Origin: a candidate division WOR-3 bacterium
GTDB lineage: Bacteria; Hydrothermota; Tepidihabitantia; Tepidihabitantales; CAIPLT01
DNA length: 24,630 nucleotides
Direction of reading: 5' to 3'
Assembly (NCBI GenBank): GCA_965649215.1
Contig: CBFGJZ010000025.1
Coordinates: 1 to 24,630, forward strand
The notes under the pieces are model-generated. The model was not told the origin of the DNA, ran no database searches, and saw only the letters and a list, made by a program, of their open reading frames with translations. Shown here piece after piece: positions 8,540 through 16,639 of the stretch. The translations under genes and the position numbers were made by a program. Numbering within the stretch: the stretch's first letter is position 1; every line of letters begins with the position of its first letter.

Positions 8540-10101
8540 TTGAAACAATTGTGCTAGTTACTTATTTTGTTTTAATTTTGATTATGGGCTTTTATTCGAC
8601 CCATGCCTATTTATTGCTCTATTTATATCTGAAAGATAAACGTAATCAGAAAAATAATTCTAAAAAGACCCCACGTTTAAAAGAATATCCAATAGTAACT
8701 GTTCAATTACCATTATATAATGAAAAGTATGTGATTGAACGGTTGATCAGTTCGGTATGTGCGATGGACTATCCCAAAGATCGTTTAGAAATTCAGGTGT
8801 TAGATGATTCGACCGACGAAACAACGATTATTGCCAGCCAACTTGTTGATAAATATAAAGCACAAGGATTTGATATAAAATTAATCCACCGTAACCGACG
8901 GCGGGGTTATAAAGCAGGTGCCTTACAGAATGGCTTAGCACAAGCAAAGGGCGAGTTTATTGCAATTTTTGATGCCGATTTTATTGTACCCCGACGCTTT
9001 TTGAAAGTGACCATTCCCCATTTTTACCGCACGGATAAGAAAGTTGGTGCCGTCCAAACACGATGGGGTCATGTTAACCGAAATTATTCGTTTTTGACTC
9101 AAGGACAGGCAGTGGCACTGGATGGACACTTTTATATTGAACAGAAGGTTCGCGCTGATCACAATTTCTTCATTAATTTTAATGGTACTTGCGGTGTGTG
9201 GCGTAAAGAAGCAATTGTGGATGCGGGTGGTTGGCAAGCCGATACTTTAACCGAAGATTTAGACTTATCTTATCGGGCACAATTAAAAGATTGGAGGATT
9301 GTTTTTATTCGAGAAATGGTAGTCCCAGGGGAAGTGCCGGTTGATTTTAATGGTTTTCGAGCACAACAGTATCGTTGGACCAAAGGAGCATTTGAAACTG
9401 CTCGGAAACTCTTAAAAACAGTTTTGCAGTCAAAATTACGCTGGACAACTAAATACGAAGCATTTATTCATTTAACTAATAATATGGTCTTCCCATTAAT
9501 GTTATTATTAGTAATTCTTTCTTTACCGATTTTAATTATCAAGATTAATCATCCCCAAACTTTACGATGGTATTTTTTAATTTTAGGAGCATTTACCGTT
9601 TCGGTTTTTCCTTATCCAATCCTTTATGGCATTGCCCAAAAAGAGATCTATTACCGTCGGAAGAAATTACCCTGGCCAAAACGCTTAGCAAGAAGCTTCA
9701 TACCGGTCTTTTTGATTGGTGGTTTTATGTCGTTGAGTTTATCGAATAGTTGGGCAATTGTAAAAGCAATCTTTAAAAAACCTACTGAGTTTACAAGAAC
9801 CCCCAAATTTAAGGTTGTTTCGAAAAAAGATTTAGTATATTCAAAAAAATATTTAGAAAAAATATCGCCGCTTTCCTTTATTGAATTGGGTTTAACAATG
9901 TACTTACTCATTACTACGACCTATGCTCTTTTGCAAGCCCAGTTAACATTATTGCCATTTTTAGTAATCTATACGATTGGTTTTGGTTATTTATCGATTG
10001 CTTCAATTTACCAGACTGCCTGCAATCGATTTAATTTTTATTGGCGGACTGAACCAACCGTAAAATCAAAGTCTTCTTTAATCCGTCAGGTTATTGATTA
10101 A
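8536..10101 (+). CDS. Processive membrane GT2 glycosyltransferase (cellulose synthase-like superfamily)
   Basis: VQLPLYNE, QVLDDSTD, GYKAGAL, IFDADF, NGTCGVWR, TEDLDLS and QQYRW (D,D,D,QxxRW). One N-terminal and several C-terminal TM helices. ATGA overlap with the upstream gene. Confidence 0.9.
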   Translation: MIETIVLVTYFVLILIMGFYSTHAYLLLYLYLKDKRNQKNNSKKTPRLKEYPIVTVQLPLYNEKYVIERLISSVCAMDYPKDRLEIQVLDDSTDETTIIASQLVDKYKAQGFDIKLIHRNRRRGYKAGALQNGLAQAKGEFIAIFDADFIVPRRFLKVTIPHFYRTDKKVGAVQTRWGHVNRNYSFLTQGQAVALDGHFYIEQKVRADHNFFINFNGTCGVWRKEAIVDAGGWQADTLTEDLDLSYRAQLKDWRIVFIREMVVPGEVPVDFNGFRAQQYRWTKGAFETARKLLKTVLQSKLRWTTKYEAFIHLTNNMVFPLMLLLVILSLPILIIKINHPQTLRWYFLILGAFTVSVFPYPILYGIAQKEIYYRRKKLPWPKRLARSFIPVFLIGGFMSLSLSNSWAIVKAIFKKPTEFTRTPKFKVVSKKDLVYSKKYLEKISPLSFIELGLTMYLLITTTYALLQAQLTLLPFLVIYTIGFGYLSIASIYQTACNRFNFYWRTEPTVKSKSSLIRQVID

Positions 10102-10114
10102 ATTTTAACTCATA

Positions 10115-10143
10115 TTGACAAGCAAGAAAACTGTAACTATAAT
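10115..10143 (+). promoter_or_regulatory. Consensus sigma70 promoter upstream of the porV-like gene
   Basis: TTGACA (10115-10120), 17-nt spacer, TATAAT (10138-10143): perfect consensus in the intergenic region. Confidence 0.85.
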
Positions 10144-10206
10144 AATTTACTATCGATAATTAAAAGTCTTTGATAAATAATAAAAGCAAATTCGTACCAA
10201 CGAGAT

Positions 10207-10272
10207 ATGAAAAAAGTGAGCAAGTATGTTTTTTTATATTTGCTAATATTTGCGATGGTCGCGAGTTTGTAG
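10207..10272 (+). other. Candidate 21-aa upstream ORF (MKKVSKYVFLYLLIFAMVASL)
   Basis: ATG 10207 to TAG 10270-10272, in the same frame as the downstream gene. The stop overlaps that gene's AGGAGG SD. Composition is signal-peptide-like, but its own SD is weak. Confidence 0.3.
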
Positions 10273-10281
10273 GAGGATCTT

Positions 10282-11388
10282 GTGCATAAATATCAAAGAC
10301 TAACTATCATTTTTCTTTTGATATCAATTTTTAGTACTTTGTCAGCCAGTGATTATCCGGGTGCTGTGTTTTTAATGATATGGCCCGGTGCTCGACCAAC
10401 CGGTTTAGCCGGGGCATTTTCTGCGATTGCCGATGATGCGTCGGCAGCTTATTATAATGTTGGTGGACTAGGATTTTTTAGCAAAAGCCATGCGACTATC
10501 ATGCATTCTAATTGGTTACCCGGTTTATATGCAGGAATGTTTTATGATTATTTAGGCTTCTGTCGTCCGTTGCGCAATCAAGGTACGATCGGTGCCAATG
10601 TGATTTATATTAATACAGGCGAAACCGAAGTGACCGATTTTTCAGGAACACCCTTAGGTGAATACACGACCTTTGATTTTGCTATTGCAGGTAGTTATGG
10701 ATTTAAGATTAATCCGCAAGTTGGCGTCGGGGTTAGTGCCAAGTTTATCTATTCGTTTTTAGTGCCGGATTGGGTTTGGCAAGCAATGCCCGAACTAGGT
10801 ATTGAAGCTGGTGGTACAGGGATTTCGTGGGCATTTGATGCGGGTGTTTTATATAAGCCCTGGGATTTTTTATCCGTAGGAGTTTCGGTTAATAATATTG
10901 GACCGAATATCTCTTACACATCTTCTTCAGAATCTGACCCGCTCCCAAGAATGTTAAGAACCGCGCTCTGTTATACGCCGGTTCGAAATAATACGATGAC
11001 CTTAAATATTACACCAGAAGTTACGACGGTTTTAGTTGGTTTATTTAAGAATAAAACATTTGCAGAAGAATGGCAGGAAACTTGGAAGAGCTTCGGTGTC
11101 GAAGCCTGGTTTTATAATATCTTTGCCGCTCGGTTAGGTTATTTTGAAGATATTAAAGGTCAACGGGGCGGTATTTCAGTAATTGATCCATCAGGCCGTC
11201 AAGAACATATTTCGTTAACAGAATATCTTTTTGATAAAGGTAATCGAAGATATGATGGCAAAATTGGTGCTTGTCTTGGTTTTGGAGTTCAGTATGCAGG
11301 ATTTGTTTTTGATGTTTCTTATGATGGTTTTATCTATGATTTTACGACCCAAAACTGGAAATTTTCTTTAACTTATCAATTTCAATGA
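10282..11388 (+). CDS. porV: PorV/PorQ-family outer-membrane beta-barrel (T9SS-associated)
   Basis: GTG start after an AGGAGG SD; signal peptide; family N-terminal motif GAVFLMIWPGARPTGLAGAFSAIADDASAAYYNVGGL; LPRMLR; terminal strand FSLTYQFQ. Orthology to PorV versus a paralog is not established. Confidence 0.8.
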   Translation: MHKYQRLTIIFLLISIFSTLSASDYPGAVFLMIWPGARPTGLAGAFSAIADDASAAYYNVGGLGFFSKSHATIMHSNWLPGLYAGMFYDYLGFCRPLRNQGTIGANVIYINTGETEVTDFSGTPLGEYTTFDFAIAGSYGFKINPQVGVGVSAKFIYSFLVPDWVWQAMPELGIEAGGTGISWAFDAGVLYKPWDFLSVGVSVNNIGPNISYTSSSESDPLPRMLRTALCYTPVRNNTMTLNITPEVTTVLVGLFKNKTFAEEWQETWKSFGVEAWFYNIFAARLGYFEDIKGQRGGISVIDPSGRQEHISLTEYLFDKGNRRYDGKIGACLGFGVQYAGFVFDVSYDGFIYDFTTQNWKFSLTYQFQ

Positions 11389-11439
11389 GCAGTGAATTGT
11401 TTTATATAAATAAATGTTTTCATAACCCGAAAGGCTTAA

Positions 11440-12729
<1,290 letters not shown>

Positions 12730-12850
12730 TAGAGAAATTATCGATTTCTGAAATTAAAAACAAGGATATTAATAAATAGAAGTAAATGTTTGTTAAAGTA
12801 ATCTCGTCGTGTAAACGGTTGTTTTAGAGATTAAAAAGAAAGGAAAGATA

Positions 12851-13522
12851 ATGAGAATTCAAGTATTAAATAGGGTTTTAGCATCAAATGATGCTTTAGC
12901 CGAAAAGTATCGCAAAGAATTTGATAAACATAAGGTTTTAGCAATTAATATCATGTCGGCGCCAGGTTCAGGAAAAACTGCGTTACTGGAACATACGATT
13001 GGCTATTTTAAAAATAAAGTGAGAACCTTTGTGATTGAAGGTGATATCAAAGGTGATTTAGATGCACAGCGGATTATCCAAGCTGGCGGTAAAGTTTATC
13101 AGCTCAATACAGATGGTGCTTGTCATCTCGATGCATTTATGATTTCGCAAGTTTTACCTAAAATTGATCTTAACAAGATTGATCTTTTATTTATTGAAAA
13201 TGTTGGCAATTTGGTTTGTCCAGCGGAGTTTTATATTGGTACCCATTATAATGTGATGCTTCTTTCAACTCCTGAAGGGGCCGACAAACCAGCCAAATAT
13301 CCGTTGATGTTTTCCAAAGCCGATTTGCTGTTAATCAATAAGATTGATTTGTTACCCTATGTAAATTTTGATTTTCAGGCATTAGAGCAATCCTTAAAAA
13401 AGATTAAACCATCATTAGAAATCATAAAAATTTCCTGTCGGACTAAAGAAGGTCTAAATAATTGGTATCAATGGCTCAAGCGGCATCTAGTAAAAAGGAG
13501 CCGTAACAAATCAGGAAAATAG
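12851..13522 (+). CDS. hypB: Hydrogenase nickel-incorporation GTPase HypB (short form, no His-rich N-terminus)
   Basis: P-loop SAPGSGKT, IEGD, GACHLDA, IENVGNLVCPAEF, EGADKPAKYP, NKIDL. SD-like AAAGGA upstream. Confidence 0.93.
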   Translation: MRIQVLNRVLASNDALAEKYRKEFDKHKVLAINIMSAPGSGKTALLEHTIGYFKNKVRTFVIEGDIKGDLDAQRIIQAGGKVYQLNTDGACHLDAFMISQVLPKIDLNKIDLLFIENVGNLVCPAEFYIGTHYNVMLLSTPEGADKPAKYPLMFSKADLLLINKIDLLPYVNFDFQALEQSLKKIKPSLEIIKISCRTKEGLNNWYQWLKRHLVKRSRNKSGK

Positions 13523-13528
13523 CGAGAA

Positions 13529-14584
13529 GTGTTTAATTATCTTTTCGCTATTCAGTTTTTTGCTAATTTAGCGCCAACTTTAATTTTAATATATATTCCA
13601 TTAATAGCTAAAAGCTATGGTGCGCCGTCGGTGAAAATTGGGTTAGTGGTATCGGTTTATCATGCCATGGTCTTTTTAGCCGGGCTTATTTTTGGACGAT
13701 TGGCTGATTTACACGGTCGGAAAAAATTTATCGTGATCGGACTTGGTTTAGCAACGGCAGCATTTTTCGGTCATCTTTTAATTCGTGATTTATTAAGTTT
13801 GTTTGTAATGCGGGCTTTGGCAGGGTTTGCAATCGGGATGTTTCCTGCAGCACTTTTGACATATGCTTATGAAAAGAAAAATACCTTAGGCCGATTCAGT
13901 TCAATTGGTGCTTTGGGTTGGGGTATTGGTTCCATTTTAGCGGGAATTGTGGCAGTTTATTATAAACTCTATATTTTAGCAGGGGTTTTCTTTCTGATTA
14001 CTTTTCTGTTGGCAATTTTTAGGTTGGAGAAGACGCCTGCTATAATTGAGCAAACTTTTTGGGATTTATCAGTAGTTAAGAAAAACTGGCGGATTTATTT
14101 AGCATTTTTGATGCGACATGCTGGGGCATTTGGGATCTGGGCAATCTTTCCGATTTTTTTAGCCCAACTCGGGGCAAATAAATTCTGGATTGGTATCATC
14201 TATTCGTTAAATGCGTTTGGTCAGTTTCTGTTTTTACCGATGCTTGATCGATTTAAGAGTACTAAACTTATTGCTAGTGGTCTGATTCTTTCCGCATTGA
14301 CTTTTGTCATTTTTGCGCTTTGCCAAAATCATTGGCAGATTTTACCGTTTCAGATCTTACTGGCGCTCTCATGGTCATGCCTTTATTTGGGGACTTTGAA
14401 ATATTTAATAGAAAACAATGAGGAACGAGCAACTGCGGTTGGTGCTTTTAATTCGTTAATGAGTTTATCAGGAATTATTGGTCCATTGCTGGGTGGTGTG
14501 ATTGGTACTTTTGGCTATCGACCAGTAATGATTTCAGCCGCGATTTTAACCACATCAAGTTTTGTTATTTTTAAACCAAAATAA
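13529..14584 (+). CDS. MFS transporter
   Basis: GTG start; about 12 hydrophobic segments; motif A GRLADLHGRKK; RALAG; GIIGPLLGG. Confidence 0.9.
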   Translation: MFNYLFAIQFFANLAPTLILIYIPLIAKSYGAPSVKIGLVVSVYHAMVFLAGLIFGRLADLHGRKKFIVIGLGLATAAFFGHLLIRDLLSLFVMRALAGFAIGMFPAALLTYAYEKKNTLGRFSSIGALGWGIGSILAGIVAVYYKLYILAGVFFLITFLLAIFRLEKTPAIIEQTFWDLSVVKKNWRIYLAFLMRHAGAFGIWAIFPIFLAQLGANKFWIGIIYSLNAFGQFLFLPMLDRFKSTKLIASGLILSALTFVIFALCQNHWQILPFQILLALSWSCLYLGTLKYLIENNEERATAVGAFNSLMSLSGIIGPLLGGVIGTFGYRPVMISAAILTTSSFVIFKPK

Positions 14585-14649
14585 GAGAGTTTTAATCTAA
14601 CTGTAAACTCAGGAGCGGGTTTAACTGAGTAGATGATTAGGAAGGATAG

Positions 14650-14829
14650 GTAGATGATAATCTTTTAGGTAACCTACTAGGTAGCCTGGGGGCTCACCTA
14701 ATAATTTGCCGATAAGTAGGTGTATAAGGATATAGAGGTGATGAAACGCTATACTACCGATAAGATAACATTTCAGATTACCAACTTGGTTGCGCAGATG
14801 ATAACTTGCTCAGCCGCTTAGAAGATAGC
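14650..14829. repeat. Degenerate 12-bp-period intergenic array (consensus nnnnnnGRTWRC)
   Basis: Fifteen in-register 12-mers from 14650; 7 end in an exact GRTWRC and 11 end in AC or GC. Units at 14650 (gtagatgataat) and 14794 (gcagatgataac) match 10/12. Confidence 0.6.
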
Positions 14830-14897
14830 CAAAATGGTTAGCCGAGGTGCTGAGATTTTTTATTGATATTTATCTCGTTGGGGTAGGTAAAAAATTA

Positions 14898-14926
14898 TTG
14901 ACAATGGTGATCAATTTTGATAGTAT
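14898..14926 (+). promoter_or_regulatory. Sigma70 promoter with extended -10 upstream of efp
   Basis: TTGACA (14898-14903), 17-nt spacer, TAGTAT (14921-14926) preceded by TG at 14918-14919. ATG follows after 8 nt with no SD. Confidence 0.7.
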
Positions 14927-14934
14927 CATAATGT

Positions 14935-15504
14935 ATGGTGCTGGCGTCAGATGTTCGTGAGGGGATGACTATAAAAATTCAAGACCAACTTTATAAAGTA
15001 ATCAGTGCTGAATTTAAGACCGGTACGGCCAAGATGCAGAGTGTGGTGCATCTTAAATTAAGAAATATGACAACCCATACTTTTACCGAACAACGATTCC
15101 ATCCCGAAGAAAAAATTGAAGAGATTGAGTTAGAAACTGTGCCGATGGAATATCTGTATCACGATGATACGGATTATTATTTTATGCATCCCGAGACTTT
15201 TGAACAGTTTTCTTTTTCCAAAGAACGATTGGGTAATTTTACGAAGTTCTTGACCGCAGGGATGAAGGTAAAAGTGGAGTTATACGAAGAAAAACCAATT
15301 GATATCGTGCTGCCCAAGAGTGTGGATTTAAAAGTGATTGCTACGGGCGCAGGCGTAAAATCAGATCATGATGCAGCGTACAAACCAGCAGAATTAGAAA
15401 ATGGCATTGAAGTACAAGTGCCTCAGTTCATTAAGGTCGGCGATATTGTGCGGATTGATGTCGAAACACAACGCTATTTAGACCGAGTTAGTAAATCCGA
15501 ATGA
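14935..15504 (+). CDS. efp: Elongation factor P family protein with atypical tip loop (probable paralog)
   Basis: ASDVREGMTI, LKLRNMTT, MEYLYHD...FMHPETFEQ, KPAELENGIEVQVPQFIKVGDIVRID. The tip loop reads KTGTAKMQ instead of KPGKG. Confidence 0.9.
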   Translation: MVLASDVREGMTIKIQDQLYKVISAEFKTGTAKMQSVVHLKLRNMTTHTFTEQRFHPEEKIEEIELETVPMEYLYHDDTDYYFMHPETFEQFSFSKERLGNFTKFLTAGMKVKVELYEEKPIDIVLPKSVDLKVIATGAGVKSDHDAAYKPAELENGIEVQVPQFIKVGDIVRIDVETQRYLDRVSKSE

Positions 15505-15692
15505 TTGCAATGATTGGTAACAAAATTTCATTATATTTAGCCATTCTTACTTATCTATGGTTTTTATTAGTAATCTTAACGGGCTTAAGAGTAATTAAAG
15601 CCAAAGTGAGCACTCATAAAAGATTGGCATTGATTGCGTTGATTTTGGCAACAGTTCACGGAATGTTGATGTTATATTTAATGTATTTTTAA
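15501..15692 (+). CDS. Small two-TM membrane protein with H-x13-H (cytochrome b/ferric-reductase-like helix)
   Basis: ATGA overlap with efp; fills the gap to the next gene; two hydrophobic helices; HKRLALIALILATVH (H39, H53). Confidence 0.7.
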   Translation: MIAMIGNKISLYLAILTYLWFLLVILTGLRVIKAKVSTHKRLALIALILATVHGMLMLYLMYF

Positions 15693-15703
15693 AAGGAGGT
15701 CAT

Positions 15704-16048
15704 ATGAGATTGTTTGTTGCACTGTTAATTGCGCTCTTGTTCAATGGTTTATTATCAGGACATCCAGCCGAAGCAATTAAAATAAGTTTTGATTCAACTG
15801 CCACGATCTTGACTGTTAATGTTATTCATCCCGTGAAGAATATTGAGAATCATTACATTTCATCAATTGTAATTGATATTAATGGAAAAGAAAAGATTAA
15901 ACAAAACTTTAATTGGCAATTTAATGAAACCGAACAACTCGCGACCTATCGAATCTTTGATTTGAAGAAAGGGGATAAGATTAATATCACTACGCAGTGT
16001 AATCGAATCGGTAAGAAAAAAGAATCATTTGTCTATTCAATCCAATAG
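15704..16048 (+). CDS. Exported small beta-sandwich protein, superoxide reductase (desulfoferrodoxin C-domain)/SoxZ-like
   Basis: Strong SD AGGAGG; signal peptide; H20-P, H42-P-V...H50-Y-I and C99-N-x-x-G, matching SOR ligand spacing except for the last His. Confidence 0.7.
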   Translation: MRLFVALLIALLFNGLLSGHPAEAIKISFDSTATILTVNVIHPVKNIENHYISSIVIDINGKEKIKQNFNWQFNETEQLATYRIFDLKKGDKINITTQCNRIGKKKESFVYSIQ

Positions 16049-16076
16049 CAAATTTTTACTTTAACTATTTATAAAA

Positions 16077-16634
16077 CTACCATTTAATAATTAAGTCAGT
16101 CGAGGGTTTAAAATTTCTTTTTTCCAGATAGTAATATAGGCGATTGTTAAAGATATAAGTGCGTTGAGGTTGGTAGGAGATATCTTTAATAGGGTGGGTG
16201 GTATCAATATCAATTGTAAAAATTGCTTTTTGTAAAGGATATCGCCATTTTTGAGTGGTACTTAATATGTAACGGCTTTGATTGGCAGTTAAACTTTGAC
16301 GGTAAAATACATATAATGTTTCTTGAGAATGAGCTTGAAAAGTAATCGGAAAGTAAATTCCACTGTCGCTTTTAGTATAAGAACCGATACTGGTAGAGAT
16401 TGAATCAGGATAGGTATGATAATTATCAATTGGAAACGGATAATAGATTAAAGCAGTTTTAGTTTGAGTAGCTATATTCTGAAATATATATACACCATTG
16501 ATTCTAACACTCGCTGAGTCAATCGAAATTTTTATCTCTTCACTTAAAAAGCGAATCGGAGTGGGTATCTGATGGTGACAACTAAGAAAAGATACTATTA
16601 GCAAATAGTGGAGCGATTTTAATCGGATAAACAA
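16077..16634 (-). CDS. Putative lipoprotein, DUF4424-like
   Basis: TTG start; lipobox-like SFLS-C; pattern SEEIKI...YIFQN...YPFP...RYILSTTQKW...NFKPSTDL. Lies 5 nt downstream of the preceding minus-strand gene. Confidence 0.65.
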   Translation of the reverse strand: MFIRLKSLHYLLIVSFLSCHHQIPTPIRFLSEEIKISIDSASVRINGVYIFQNIATQTKTALIYYPFPIDNYHTYPDSISTSIGSYTKSDSGIYFPITFQAHSQETLYVFYRQSLTANQSRYILSTTQKWRYPLQKAIFTIDIDTTHPIKDISYQPQRTYIFNNRLYYYLEKRNFKPSTDLIIKW

Positions 16635-16639
16635 TATTT

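Noticed and set aside
10270-10272. Amber recoding or readthrough joining the uORF to porV
   Set aside because: TAG is the natural stop of hypB, the 15704 gene, the 16077 gene and the WG gene. PorV already has its own SD and signal peptide.
11425-11438. Small CC-GAAA-GG hairpin before purA as a purine riboswitch
   Set aside because: The intergenic region is only 57 nt and lacks the purine-riboswitch core; the stem is too short.
14607-14630. ACTCAG/CTGAGT hairpin as terminator of the MFS gene
   Set aside because: Only a 6-bp stem with a 12-nt loop and no following U tract.
14585-14897. CRISPR array, tRNA or IS/MITE in the long intergenic region
   Set aside because: There are no 25-40 bp identical repeats, no cloverleaf, no terminal inverted repeats with target duplication, and no cas or transposase gene nearby.
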